From Thermodesulfovibrio sp. (GTDB lineage Bacteria > Nitrospirota > Thermodesulfovibrionia > Thermodesulfovibrionales > UBA6898): a stretch of DNA of 64,000 nucleotides. The notes beneath the pieces were generated by a model. The model did not search any database. It was not told the DNA's origin and saw nothing but the letters and a program-made list of their open reading frames with translations. Where the stretch lies: assembly GCA_013824615.1 (NCBI GenBank), contig PNOC01000003.1, forward strand, positions 21,103 to 85,102, given 5' to 3'. Below are positions 10,472 through 21,135 of this stretch, one piece after another; the stretch's first letter is position 1, and each line of letters opens with the position of its first letter. A program made the position numbers and the translations under genes.

Positions 10472-11661
10472 AGCTCAATCCCCTTTATCCGGGCCACATG
10501 TTGTACGTCCTTGTCCCCGCGGCCGGAGAGATTCACGATAATAACTGTTTCTTTTGAGAGTGTTGGAGCACGCTTGATTGTTTCTGCCAGGGCATGTGCT
10601 GACTCGAGTGCAGGGATGATCCCCTCGGTCCTTGCCAGCAGTTCAAAGGCGCTAAGGGCTTCTTCGTCATCCGCATAGGTGTACTCTGCCCTTCCGGAAT
10701 CCTTCAGGTATGCATGCTCAGGGCCGACCGAGGCGTAATCAAGCCCGGCCGAGACCGAGTGGGTTCCAAGGACATTGCCGTCGTCATCCTGGAGCAGATA
10801 ACTTTTAGTGCCCTGCAGGACACCTATGGAGCCGCCTGCAAAACGGGCGGCATGCTCTCCGGTGGCAATGCCCCTCCCGCCTGCTTCAACCCCGATCATC
10901 CTGACGTTTTCGTGGGCAAGGAAGTCGAAGAACAGCCCTATCGAGTTGCTTCCGCCCCCGACGCAGGCGATGAGATAATCAGGCAGCCTGCCTTCAGCCT
11001 TCAAGATCTGTTTTTTCGCTTCTTTGCCTATGACCGCCTGAAAATCGCGGACCATCATCGGAAAGGGATGAGGCCCGAAAACCGTTCCCATGACATAGTG
11101 GGTTGTCCTGACGTTGGTCGTCCAGTCCCGGAGACCCTCGTTGATGGCGTCCTTGAGCGTCCTTGATCCTGTCGAGACCTCGATGACCCTTGCCCCCAGC
11201 AGTTTCATTCTGAAGACATTCAGGGACTGACGCGCAATATCGTCAGACCCCATATAAATATCGCATGACAGCCCTGTCAGCGCCGCACCGGTTGCTGTCG
11301 CAACGCCATGCTGACCTGCCCCGGTTTCTGCAATCAGGCGCTGCTTGCCCATTCTTTTTGCGAGGAGCGCCTGGCCGATGGCGTTGTTAATCTTGTGGGC
11401 ACCGGTGTGGGCCAGATCCTCCCGCTTCAGATATATCCTGGCCCCACCAAGCTGCTCTGTCAGGCGCTTTGCAAAATAGAGAGGGGTTGGCCTGCCGATA
11501 TAGGTCGCCTGCAGCTGTGAAAGCTCCGCTGCAAAAGCGCTGTCTTTAGCCGCAGCTTTATAGGCTGACTCCAGCTCACTGAGGGCCGGCATAAGCGTCT
11601 CGGGTGCAAATCTTCCGCCATACAGGCCGAAATAACCCTTCTTGTCAGGTAATTTTTTTAT
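10468..11661 (-). CDS. trpB: Tryptophan synthase beta chain; start assigned to a non-canonical ATA codon (first ATG is at 11592)
   Basis: PLP-Lys region HTGAHKINN. The conserved N-terminal [19 protein letters not shown] extends 23 codons upstream of the first ATG. The only SD-preceded candidate start is ATA at 11661 (AGGGGG-CTTT-ATA), which gives [12 protein letters not shown]. Confidence 0.85.
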   Translation of the reverse strand: MKKLPDKKGYFGLYGGRFAPETLMPALSELESAYKAAAKDSAFAAELSQLQATYIGRPTPLYFAKRLTEQLGGARIYLKREDLAHTGAHKINNAIGQALLAKRMGKQRLIAETGAGQHGVATATGAALTGLSCDIYMGSDDIARQSLNVFRMKLLGARVIEVSTGSRTLKDAINEGLRDWTTNVRTTHYVMGTVFGPHPFPMMVRDFQAVIGKEAKKQILKAEGRLPDYLIACVGGGSNSIGLFFDFLAHENVRMIGVEAGGRGIATGEHAARFAGGSIGVLQGTKSYLLQDDDGNVLGTHSVSAGLDYASVGPEHAYLKDSGRAEYTYADDEEALSAFELLARTEGIIPALESAHALAETIKRAPTLSKETVIIVNLSGRGDKDVQHVARIKGIEL

Positions 11662-11845
11662 AAAGCCCCCTGAATCTTCTTTGATTTTGACCCACTATTA
11701 TATCCAAAAAGCAACAAATATGACAGTAAAGGGACTCAGTTGCAGAAGTGCCGCTGCCCGCGCTCATCAGGCTGTTTTATACACTGGAATTCGTCGGAAC
11801 CAGCGTGCTAAAATAGCGGATCACTATTCACAGGACAGGAAATCA

Positions 11846-13102
11846 ATGGCTGACGTGCTTCCATTCAAAGGGGTTCTGTTTAATGTACCGAAGATATCCA
11901 AGGCATCAGGAGGGGACCTTCTTGCGCCTCCCTATGACATAATTACACCTGAATACAAGGACGAGCTTTACGACAAGAGTCCTCATAATATTGTCCGCAT
12001 AGACTTTGGCAGGGAACTCCCCGGGGATGACGATACCTCAAACAAATACAGCAGGGCCCGCGCCTTTCTTGATGACTGGATCTCCGGGCAGGCACTGACA
12101 GCCGACGAGGGCCCCTGTTTCTATTCGTGCGAAGTGGCATACAACATTGACGGCTCTGACAAAAAGCTGCGCGGGTTTCTCGGGCTGGTCAGGCTTGAAG
12201 AGTTGGGGAAGGGGAATATCCACCCCCATGAATGTACCCACTCAAAGCCGAAGAAAGACCGCCTGGATATCATGAGATATTGCGAGGCGAACGTCAGCCC
12301 CATCTTTTCTATTTATAACAGTCCTGCCCGCAAGACCTCTGAAATTCTTGTCCGGGTTAACCAGAGTGCTCCTTATATTGAGGCTGAAGACCCCGACGGT
12401 TCTGTCCACCGGCTCTGGAAGATATCTGATCCGGCGGCCGTTGCGGCTATTGCGGAGGAACTCGGCGGCAAAGCTGTTTTTATTGCTGACGGCCATCACC
12501 GTTACGAAACCGCGATTGAGTACCAGAGGGAGATGAGATTAAAAGAGGGCGATCCTGCAGAGTTGAGGCCGTATGATTATGTTTTGATGTTCCTGGCAAA
12601 TATGTCGGACGAAGGGCTGACAATTCTTCCGACGCATCGCCTGGTTCGTGGGATCCCGGCAGATGCCCTTGAGCGGCTCAAAGCCGACTTTGAGGTTGAA
12701 GAGCTCCAGGAGTGCTGCGACATTGCGGGAATAATTGCCGGGAAACGCGATGTTTTCGGGTTTTACAAGGGTGGGAATATCTGGTATAAATTAAGTTACA
12801 GGGGAGAAGGCGTTCCTGATATTGCGCCGGCGTTGAAGTATCTGGATGTGACCGTCCTCCATGAACTGATATTCAATAAATTGCTTCAGGTAAAGGATAT
12901 CGCCTACGAGATGGAGGTTGGCCGGTGTCTCCAGAGGGTGAAATCCGGAGAGTATGAAGCAGTCTTTTTCCTTAACCCGACCCAGGTTGAGGATGTCGAG
13001 AATGTGGCTCTTGCCTCTCTGAGGATGCCGCCAAAATCGACATATTTTTATCCGAAACTTATGACCGGCATGGTATTGAACGTTTTTAAATATTCATTTT
13101 AA
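11846..13102 (+). CDS. DUF1015 domain-containing protein
   Basis: MADVLPFKGVLFN...APPYD...ADGHHRYETA are DUF1015 hallmarks. The ATG at 11846 has an upstream AGGA. The longer TTG-initiated ORF in the track is not supported. Confidence 0.8.
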   Translation: MADVLPFKGVLFNVPKISKASGGDLLAPPYDIITPEYKDELYDKSPHNIVRIDFGRELPGDDDTSNKYSRARAFLDDWISGQALTADEGPCFYSCEVAYNIDGSDKKLRGFLGLVRLEELGKGNIHPHECTHSKPKKDRLDIMRYCEANVSPIFSIYNSPARKTSEILVRVNQSAPYIEAEDPDGSVHRLWKISDPAAVAAIAEELGGKAVFIADGHHRYETAIEYQREMRLKEGDPAELRPYDYVLMFLANMSDEGLTILPTHRLVRGIPADALERLKADFEVEELQECCDIAGIIAGKRDVFGFYKGGNIWYKLSYRGEGVPDIAPALKYLDVTVLHELIFNKLLQVKDIAYEMEVGRCLQRVKSGEYEAVFFLNPTQVEDVENVALASLRMPPKSTYFYPKLMTGMVLNVFKYSF

Positions 13103-13105
13103 TAG

Positions 13106-14122
<1,017 letters not shown>

Positions 14123-14125
14123 ATA

Positions 14126-15370
14126 ATGCCCAGGAAAAAGAGTGCGGTAGCGGCGATGGCGGTCAAAGATGTCCTCAGTAAGCTGGCGATCGATCAGCTG
14201 AATATTAAGGGCAAGCGGGTATTTATCCGTACTGACTTTAATGTGCCGCTTGACGATAACCTGCATATAACGGACGACGGGAGGATTCGGTCAACACTGC
14301 CGACGATCAATTATGCTATCGATGAAGGGGCGAAAGTGATCCTCGCCTCCCATCTTGGCAGGCCGAAGGGGAAACCGGATCCGCGCTACAGCCTTGCCCC
14401 TGTTGCAAAGAGACTTCAGCGTCTGCTGGACAAGGACGTGATTTTTGCCCCTGACTGCATCGGGACCCAGGTCGAAGGCCTGGTGGCGAAGATGAAAGAC
14501 GGGGATGTTCTCCTCCTGGAAAACCTGCGGTATCATGCCGAAGAAGAGAAGAACGATGAGGATTTCTCCCGGGGGCTGGCCAAGCTGGCGGACTTTTATG
14601 TGAATGATGCCTTCGGTGCAGCACACCGGGCCCATGCTTCAACCGTCGGGATTACAAAGTTTCTGCCGTCAGCAGCAGGCTTCCTGATGAGAAAAGAGAT
14701 TGAGTACCTGAAAGGTGCGGTGGACAATGCTGTCAGGCCGTTCGCTGCCATACTCGGAGGGGCAAAGGTCTCCGGCAAGATTGGGGTGCTTGAGCATCTG
14801 GATGGCAAGGTCGACAAGGTCCTGGTCGGCGGCGGCATGGCGTTCACCTTTATCAAGGCGATGGGGTATGAAGTAGGTGATTCACTCGTCGAGGCAGAAA
14901 TGCTGGAGACGGCACAGAGGATCAGAAAAAAGCTGAAGAGCGAAGGCATAAAATTTTACCTCCCGGTTGATTGTGTGATTGCCCAGTCTCTTGAGCCCGG
15001 GGCAGAGACAAAGATCGTGCCGACCATGGAGATCCCGAAGGGGTGGCGTGCGCTGGATATCGGACCGGCCACCGTCAAGCTTTTCTCAGAGGCGCTTGCC
15101 AATTGCAAGACGATCCTCTGGAACGGGCCCATGGGTATTTTCGAGATTGATGCGTTTTCGCGCGGAACATTCTCGATTGCGCATGCCGTTGCCGATGCCT
15201 ATGCCCTGACCATTGTTGGTGGGGGGGACACGGACCTTGCCGTGCATCGGGCCGGTGTTTCTTCAGCTCTCTCGTTCATTTCGACCGGAGGCGGTGCCTC
15301 ATTGCAGCTTCTTGAGGGCAAGGAACTGCCGGGCATTGCCGCTCTGACAGACCGGAAGCCGGATAAATAG
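14126..15370 (+). CDS. pgk: Phosphoglycerate kinase
   Basis: RTDFNVP, ILASHLGRPKG and GGGDT motifs. It follows gap. Confidence 0.95.
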   Translation: MPRKKSAVAAMAVKDVLSKLAIDQLNIKGKRVFIRTDFNVPLDDNLHITDDGRIRSTLPTINYAIDEGAKVILASHLGRPKGKPDPRYSLAPVAKRLQRLLDKDVIFAPDCIGTQVEGLVAKMKDGDVLLLENLRYHAEEEKNDEDFSRGLAKLADFYVNDAFGAAHRAHASTVGITKFLPSAAGFLMRKEIEYLKGAVDNAVRPFAAILGGAKVSGKIGVLEHLDGKVDKVLVGGGMAFTFIKAMGYEVGDSLVEAEMLETAQRIRKKLKSEGIKFYLPVDCVIAQSLEPGAETKIVPTMEIPKGWRALDIGPATVKLFSEALANCKTILWNGPMGIFEIDAFSRGTFSIAHAVADAYALTIVGGGDTDLAVHRAGVSSALSFISTGGGASLQLLEGKELPGIAALTDRKPDK

Positions 15371-15373
15371 TTT

Positions 15374-15781
15374 TTAAACGTATTCCAGTTGGGGATCGGT
15401 AATTTTGTGCGGCAGTCTTTCGCTGCTGAGAGGTGAGAGGATTCCCCGCTTCAGTTCGACGATAGAGGGGCTCTTGCTCTCGAACTGCTCTATCAGGAAT
15501 CTGGCCGCCACTTCCGGCTTGATAATATCTCCGCAGGTGAAGATATCGACAGCAGCATAAGCATACTCCGGCCAGGTATGAATTGAAAGATGAGATTCTG
15601 CGATAATGACCATCCCGCTGATGCCGAATGGGTTGAATTCATGGAAGGATATGTCGACAATTGTTGCCTGTGCTTCCTTTGCCGCAGCGACCATCATGTT
15701 CTTGACTTTTTTCAGGTCCCTGATAATCTCCGGGTTGCAGTCCCGCAGTTCAACTAATAAATGGGTGCCTAAAGCATGCAA
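15374..15781 (-). CDS. speH: S-adenosylmethionine decarboxylase proenzyme (small bacterial/archaeal class)
   Basis: Self-cleavage site AESHLSIHTWPE and a length of about 135 aa. Confidence 0.85.
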   Translation of the reverse strand: MHALGTHLLVELRDCNPEIIRDLKKVKNMMVAAAKEAQATIVDISFHEFNPFGISGMVIIAESHLSIHTWPEYAYAAVDIFTCGDIIKPEVAARFLIEQFESKSPSIVELKRGILSPLSSERLPHKITDPQLEYV

Positions 15782-15878
15782 TCCTTTACCCCCCTTCCTG
15801 ACGGGAATATGCAGGGCCCATGAGCCCCACTTGAGCCTGTTATGTTAGCGCAGTAAAATACTACCTGTCAATAAAACA

Positions 15879-15907
15879 CCCCTGTCAGTAATACATGACA
15901 TCAGGGG
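15879..15907 (-). terminator. Possible terminator hairpin overlapping the hisG stop codon
   Basis: Imperfect hairpin CCCCTG...CAGGGG, followed on the minus strand by TGTTTTAT. Confidence 0.35.
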
Positions 15908-16785
15908 ATAACTTTGCTCAACTGATATTCCACAATGCCTGAAGCCCCTGCCTTCTTCAGCTTAGGGATCAGGCTGCAGATCAGCACTTCGTCGACCACT
16001 ACGTCGAGATCGTACCACTCGGCATCCGAGAGGGTAGAGATTGTCGGGGAGTGCATTGAGGGCAGCAGGCTCATGACCCGCTTCAGGTCCTTTTTCGCGA
16101 CGTTCATCTTCAGGCCGACCTTCTCCTCTGCAGCCAGGGCACCCTGCAGCAGCATCACGATGTTTTCCATCTTCTGGCGCTTCCACTTGTCCTGCCAGGC
16201 CTTCTTGTTCGCGATGAAACGGGTGCTGGACTGGAGGATCGTCTCGACGATGCGGAGATTGTTCGCCCGCAGCGAGTTCCCGGTCTCGGTCAGTTCGACG
16301 ATTGCGTCTGCAAGGTGAGGCGGCTTTACCTCGGTCGCCCCCCAGGAGAAGTCTATCTCAGCCTTGATATTCCTGGCCTTCAGATACCTTTTGGTGAACC
16401 CGACCAGTTCGGTTGCGATCCTCTTGCCCTTCAGGTCCTTAAGCGTTTTGATCTTCGAATCATTCGGTACCGCCACAACCCATCTGACAGGCCTCAACCC
16501 TTCCTTTGCATAGTTCAGCTCAGCCACCTCTTTGACGTCTGCACCCTGTTCCATAATCCAGTCATAGCCGGTCAGGCCGCAGTCGAGAATGCCGCTTTCG
16601 ACGTAGCGCGCCATTTCCTGGGCTCGGATCAGCATCGAAGATATTTCGGTATCAGAGAAAGAGGGATAATACGAGCGGTTTGAGACCGAGATGTGATAAC
16701 CCGCCTTCCTGAAGAGTTTCAGTGTTGATTCCTGCAGGCTGCCCTTCGGCAGTCCGATTTGAAGTATTTTTTGAGCTGATTTCAT
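15901..16785 (-). CDS. hisG: ATP phosphoribosyltransferase (long form)
   Basis: The N-terminal LPKGSL...F..AG pattern and 294-aa length fit HisG. It lies directly downstream of hisD. Confidence 0.85.
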   Translation of the reverse strand: MKSAQKILQIGLPKGSLQESTLKLFRKAGYHISVSNRSYYPSFSDTEISSMLIRAQEMARYVESGILDCGLTGYDWIMEQGADVKEVAELNYAKEGLRPVRWVVAVPNDSKIKTLKDLKGKRIATELVGFTKRYLKARNIKAEIDFSWGATEVKPPHLADAIVELTETGNSLRANNLRIVETILQSSTRFIANKKAWQDKWKRQKMENIVMLLQGALAAEEKVGLKMNVAKKDLKRVMSLLPSMHSPTISTLSDAEWYDLDVVVDEVLICSLIPKLKKAGASGIVEYQLSKVIP

Positions 16786-16813
16786 ATATGGATCCTTCCT
16801 GCTGTAGTGTTTT

Positions 16814-18103
16814 CTATTTATTGGTCAGGCGGTTTCTTCTGATCCTGATCGTATTGGCATGGGCCTCAAGTCCCTCGATGTCTGCTATCGTCTCGACCAC
16901 TCCGGAGAGCTTCATGAACCCCTTTTTGGTGAAACCGACAAGACTCGATCGCTTGTAAAAGTCATAAACTCCCAGTGGCGAAAAAAACCGTGCGGTCCCG
17001 CCGGTCGGTAGTGTATGGTTTGGCCCTGCGGCATAATCTCCAAGCGCCTCCGGTGTCCACGGTCCCAGGAATATAGCCCCGGCATTTTCTATGGCCGGCA
17101 GCATGTCCATCGGGTCCTCGGTCATCACCTCAAGATGTTCAGGAGCAATTTCATTAGAGATTGCGATTGCTTCAAGCAGTGTTCGGGTCACGATGATGGC
17201 CCCATAGGCAGCGAGTGATTTTTCGGCGATCTTTTTCCTGGTGAGTCTTGCCAACTGCACCTGCAACTCAGCCTCGACACGCTCGGACAGTGACTTCGAA
17301 TCAGTCACGAGGACCGAGGAGGCAAGTTCATCGTGCTCAGCCTGGCTGAGCAGGTCTGCGGCGATAAAGGCAGCATTGGCGGAGTTATCGGCGATGATCA
17401 GGATCTCGCTCGGACCGGCGATCATGTCAATATCCACCAGACCGAAAACAGCTCTTTTTGCTGTAGCTACATAGATATTTCCGGGGCCGACGATCTTATC
17501 AACCTGTTTTATGGAATCTGTCCCATACGCCAGAGCCCCGACCGCCTGGGCTCCTCCTATGGCATAGACTTCCTTTACCCCCAGCATCCTGACTGCTGCC
17601 ATGACATAGGGGTTGACCTCTCCGCCTGACGAAGGCACGCAGAGGGCAATCTCCTTTACGCCGGCGACCTGGGCCGGGACAACGTTCATCAATACTGTTG
17701 ACGGATAGGCTGCCTTGCCGCCGGGGACATAAACCCCGACTCTTTTTATCGGTCTGACTGCCTGGCCAAGGATCGTCTCACTGTCCCCGGTTGTCCAGGT
17801 CTGCTCAATCTGCATTTCATGAAAGCGCCTAATCCGTTTTTCGGATACCTCAAGAGCCTTGACCACATGGGGGGCAGCTTTGTCCGCAGCCCTGTTTATT
17901 TCCGCTTGCGTAAGTTTCAGTTTTTTTGTGCCTTTGAAGTCGAACTTCCGTGTGTATTTAAGGACAGCCTCATCGCCGTTTTTCGCAACGTCTTTCAGTA
18001 TGTCCTTGACCGTCTTCTCTATGGCGTCGCTGACCCCTGCGCCCCGCTGCCTCAGCAGGGCGAGAAATGCAGTGACATCTTTTTTGTTTCTCAGCAGTCG
18101 CAT
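16814..18103 (-). CDS. hisD: Histidinol dehydrogenase
   Basis: Conserved HisD core (GPGNIYV, QAEHD, LPT.G.ARF.S.L). The start is set at the internal ATG (MRLLRNKKD) to give a typical 429-aa product. The upstream TTG extension runs toward the tRNA. Confidence 0.88.
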   Translation of the reverse strand: MRLLRNKKDVTAFLALLRQRGAGVSDAIEKTVKDILKDVAKNGDEAVLKYTRKFDFKGTKKLKLTQAEINRAADKAAPHVVKALEVSEKRIRRFHEMQIEQTWTTGDSETILGQAVRPIKRVGVYVPGGKAAYPSTVLMNVVPAQVAGVKEIALCVPSSGGEVNPYVMAAVRMLGVKEVYAIGGAQAVGALAYGTDSIKQVDKIVGPGNIYVATAKRAVFGLVDIDMIAGPSEILIIADNSANAAFIAADLLSQAEHDELASSVLVTDSKSLSERVEAELQVQLARLTRKKIAEKSLAAYGAIIVTRTLLEAIAISNEIAPEHLEVMTEDPMDMLPAIENAGAIFLGPWTPEALGDYAAGPNHTLPTGGTARFFSPLGVYDFYKRSSLVGFTKKGFMKLSGVVETIADIEGLEAHANTIRIRRNRLTNK

Positions 18104-18235
18104 GTCATTAATTCTAAATCTATAAACGCAATTATGCAAGGGCAGGTGGCTGTCCTGCCCCGGATTTATCCATGGTAAGCATGTCCGACTTGCAGTGAAC
18201 GGCAAAATTCTGTATTATCAACCAATAACACCATT

Positions 18236-18333
18236 GGGAGTGCATAGGGTTCTGGTGTCCCTCCCGGCCTTCAAAGCCGGTGTTTCCTGCCAAAAGCGGG
18301 AAGGGTGGGTTCGATTCCCACACGCTCCCGCCA
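18236..18333 (+). tRNA. selC: tRNA-Sec (selenocysteine tRNA, anticodon TCA)
   Basis: A 98-nt gene. Acceptor GGGAGTG(C) pairs with (A)CGCTCCC, followed by G and an encoded CCA. The anticodon arm is CCGGC-CTTCAAA-GCCGG with TCA. A long variable arm (TTCCTGC-CAAAA-GCGGGAA) is present. The T-arm is GTGGG-TTCGATT-CCCAC. Confidence 0.85.
18308..18333 (+). repeat. attL core (3' end of the intact tRNA-Sec)
   Basis: GGTTCGATTCCCACACGCTCCCGCCA, identical to 26312-26337. Confidence 0.85.
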
Positions 18334-18381
18334 TACTTTCATTTAATATCAAGTAGTTACTAGGATATTATGTAAAGAAAT

Positions 18382-18403
18382 ACCGTGAACAAACCGTGAA
18401 CAG
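18382..18403 (+). repeat. Arm-type direct repeat, left copy (candidate integrase arm-binding site)
   Basis: ACCGTGAACAAACCGTGAACAG (itself 2x AACCGTGAAC), 48 nt inside attL. It is identical to 26232-26253. Confidence 0.6.
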
Positions 18404-18660
18404 AATGAATTTTTTTTGGTGCGTTTTATTGATGATCTGTATGTTCCCAGTTATTCCCCCTTAAGTCCACGGTCTGAAAGAACATAAACTCCTGCTGTTT
18501 AGTCTCGAAAACGATCAACTGTAATATACCTACAAATTACACAAAGAAATTGCTCTTACCAATAATATAAGGATCTGCCCAAAGTCCATCCAGCATCATG
18601 ATATTTCACTGACTTCACACATATCCAAGACCCGTTATCTATGTTACAATCAAAATTATT

Positions 18661-19404
18661 ATGGGGAAAGTATCTACAGGCCAGAACTCGGCATCGAAAG
18701 CAGCAAAAAATAATGCATTTAAATGCAGCGAGTGTGGGATGGAAGTTGCAGTCCCTCAAATCGCGATCAACTATTGCCCGAATTGTGGTGTCTTGGGAGC
18801 ACATTGGCAACGAATCTGTAATGCACTGCTGTTGCTTTACGAGGGGGATGGACGACTGAAAGAGGCTCTGAGACTCTTCCGCAAGGCCGTATACCCAGAT
18901 GCCGCACGAGCCGCTTTGATATCGCTAGAAATGGAAATGAAGCGACTCGGGAGGACCGAGAGCCACGGCACACGCCTCGTTGATGAAGTGCTGTCATTCG
19001 AATACGACAAGAAGGAACGAAAATATCTAAGAGAGCCAATCGTCAGAGTAAACGCCCTGAAAAGCCAAAAAGACAGAAGCGAGCAAGAGGGAATACACAT
19101 GCTAATCTCGGGCATGTTCAAAGTTTTTCGCAATACTCTAATGCATCAACACGTCAGGTTCAGTCCGATTGATGCACTCTCAGTAGTAGTAATGAGTAAC
19201 CTTTTGATCGACATCCTTAATAATGGTTCGATACTAAACAAGAGAGTGTGCCGTTGGAAAAAGGTCAAATTATCTAATAAACAGAGCATAGACGGTGTCG
19301 AGCGCTCCAGACTCGAAAGCAATATTCAACACATAAGTAGCGAGACAGGACAAAGCCAAACAATCTCCAGGGGACTACGCTCCAAAACTCGCACCAGAAA
19401 GTAA
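18661..19404 (+). CDS. Zinc-ribbon protein with a C-terminal TIGR02391 (Ymh)-like / HEPN-like domain
   Basis: CSECG...CPNCG zinc ribbon. The C-terminal helical region carries FRNTLMH (Rx4H). The family assignment is from memory and has not been searched. Confidence 0.5.
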   Translation: MGKVSTGQNSASKAAKNNAFKCSECGMEVAVPQIAINYCPNCGVLGAHWQRICNALLLLYEGDGRLKEALRLFRKAVYPDAARAALISLEMEMKRLGRTESHGTRLVDEVLSFEYDKKERKYLREPIVRVNALKSQKDRSEQEGIHMLISGMFKVFRNTLMHQHVRFSPIDALSVVVMSNLLIDILNNGSILNKRVCRWKKVKLSNKQSIDGVERSRLESNIQHISSETGQSQTISRGLRSKTRTRK

Positions 19405-19511
19405 CGCTATGAACATTTCTTGTGGCAATCAACTCTCGCAATGGTCACCTGTACTGGAGACTTGTCGGTGTACTTGACGGTATCCTAGAGATCTATCTGA
19501 TATAATCCTGC

Positions 19512-20540
19512 ATGCGTTATAAGACTAGTTCTTGGAAGCGAAAAGTTGATCCGGCCTTTGATGTAATTATAAAGCTAGCTTTAGAACTTCTTGATGCTGT
19601 CAAGCTCCCCGGTAATGAAGGCTATATTCACCTCACCAAAGAAGACCCTCTTTGCAAGATAATCCAGGCCGAAGGGTTTCCCGATTTTAAGAACTTTTAT
19701 GAGAATATTGATCCAGCCAATGATATAAATAACTGGGAAAAAATGCTGAGCGGGGTCAAAGGTGGAAAGAAGCCTTCTATCTTTATAAAAAAACTATATC
19801 AGGATTTTAGTGCTGTATTGACAGGAATTACACTGGGTCAAATGGAGGTTGTTGATAACATACTGCAAAAGCTGATCAGCAGTCTTGCTCCGGAGAGTAA
19901 AGAGTATTACATGACTGTTTTTACTTTTTCTCCGGCCGTCAAACCTGATACTAGGACCATGAGTCAGCAAGAACAGATCGAATTATTTATCTATCAACTG
20001 AGTAATGTGTTTTCTCTGTTTATGCATAAGGCTTTTATTGGAATTCAAAATCATAGAGATATCGTTAAAGAGCTGAATGCGGAATTTATAAAGATGGTCC
20101 TATTTCAGACATGGAACGTTATATCGCTTATCGTGAATGAAAAGTCTTTAAGAACTCTCTATGTTGAAGCAAAAGCCGGGGATACTAAGCCACTGTTTAA
20201 GATTATGCGGATAGACAAAACATTGTTTGATCATGACTGGGTTAGAGAACGGATAAGGGAAGCAATGTATTCCGGAGACAGGATTTTTTTTAAGGCATTA
20301 TCGAAAGCAATGTCAGACGATCCCCTTAAAAACCGAAAAATCAGAACAAGAGAATTCATAGTGCTCATTGTGTTCTGGGAAGTTGGCCTGTATAGGCTTT
20401 CTATTAGCGAATTGCTTAAGCTCTTCAATGACTGCGGATTAGCGCTTAGAGACGATGAAGTCACCTTTAGAAAATTTGTTGATAGAGCAAAGAAAGTGAA
20501 ACCGCAAGTTTCAATCCTTAGCTATTTGTTTCATAAATGA
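19512..20540 (+). CDS. Hypothetical protein (342 aa, predicted all-alpha), element cargo
   Basis: A long ORF in AT-rich DNA with no competing frame. No motif was recognised. Confidence 0.5.
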   Translation: MRYKTSSWKRKVDPAFDVIIKLALELLDAVKLPGNEGYIHLTKEDPLCKIIQAEGFPDFKNFYENIDPANDINNWEKMLSGVKGGKKPSIFIKKLYQDFSAVLTGITLGQMEVVDNILQKLISSLAPESKEYYMTVFTFSPAVKPDTRTMSQQEQIELFIYQLSNVFSLFMHKAFIGIQNHRDIVKELNAEFIKMVLFQTWNVISLIVNEKSLRTLYVEAKAGDTKPLFKIMRIDKTLFDHDWVRERIREAMYSGDRIFFKALSKAMSDDPLKNRKIRTREFIVLIVFWEVGLYRLSISELLKLFNDCGLALRDDEVTFRKFVDRAKKVKPQVSILSYLFHK

Positions 20541-20601
20541 GACATCAAACGCTTCATTGATGTCTTAGATTCCCTCCTCAACCGTCCGGCATACTCCATG
20601 T

Positions 20602-20910
20602 ATGAAAGACGACGGATCAATAAACACCGACCAATCAGAAATCGAACAGAAATGCTCTCCTTGCTACTGCAAAGACGGTTGCATGCTCTACTCTTCAAAA
20701 AGTGTAACAGGCTGTCTCGGCCCATTTGCGGGCTATGATGACTGGAAAAAGAAGGTTCATGCAGACTGGGAAGCGGAAGAAGCGGCAAACAAGAAGGCAA
20801 GGGAGAAGGGGCTCAGGAAGTTTCACAGTGATCGGGCACTTGAATTGTATCTTCACAATAAGTTGCTCACTGAGATTGCTATGGAGGGGGACAATGAGAA
20901 AGGGGAATAA
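20602..20910 (+). CDS. Hypothetical Cys-containing small protein (102 aa), element cargo
   Basis: ORF downstream of 19512-20540. No motif was recognised. Confidence 0.35.
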   Translation: MKDDGSINTDQSEIEQKCSPCYCKDGCMLYSSKSVTGCLGPFAGYDDWKKKVHADWEAEEAANKKAREKGLRKFHSDRALELYLHNKLLTEIAMEGDNEKGE

Positions 20911-20914
20911 CAGA

Positions 20915-20970
20915 GTTCGGAGTCTCGACTGTTTCCTTGGCGGCAGCCAGGAACGGGCGAGTCTCCGAAC
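20915..20970 (+). other. Long imperfect hairpin in the GC-rich rep leader (candidate origin or regulatory structure)
   Basis: GTTCGGAG (20915-20922) pairs with CTCCGAAC (20963-20970). Further inner pairing occurs (CTCG/CGAG, GTTTCCT/AGGAAC). Confidence 0.35.
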
Positions 20971-21092
20971 GGGCTCCACGCAAGCAGCATTGCATCGTAT
21001 CGCGAAGGCGGAGCCTATTCCGCAGCTCTCTGGCGAAGGAATGGGCGTAGCAGGCAGAGCGCGGGTAGAGGTGGCAGGTTTTAGGGGAGGGG

Positions 21093-21123
21093 GTTTGCTG
21101 GATATGTGTAATCACCAGCAAAC
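21093..21123 (+). other. Hairpin immediately upstream of the rep start codon
   Basis: GTTTGCTGG (21093-21101) pairs with CCAGCAAAC (21115-21123) around a 13-nt loop. It ends 12 nt before the GTG at 21136. Confidence 0.35.
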
Positions 21124-21135
21124 TCGTTACTAATC

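Noticed and set aside
11642-11845. TTG-initiated 68-codon extension of the DUF1015 gene
   Set aside because: DUF1015 proteins begin at the M..(I/V)(K/L)PFKG motif, found here at 11846 with its own AGGA. The extension would overlap the trpB start and promoter region.
18104-18205. TTG-initiated N-terminal extension of hisD (34 extra codons)
   Set aside because: The extension is unlike HisD N-termini and reaches to within 30 nt of the tRNA gene. The internal ATG gives a canonical 429-aa protein.
18132-18323. 63-aa minus-strand ORF (MWESNPPFPLL...)
   Set aside because: WESNPP is the standard translation artefact of a tRNA T-arm read in reverse. The ORF is the shadow of tRNA-Sec.
20726-21133. 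135-aa ORF overlapping the 20602-20910 gene and the rep leader
   Set aside because: It is highly Arg/Gly-rich and overlaps another ORF out of frame. It coincides with the GC-rich hairpin region, so it is more likely non-coding structure.
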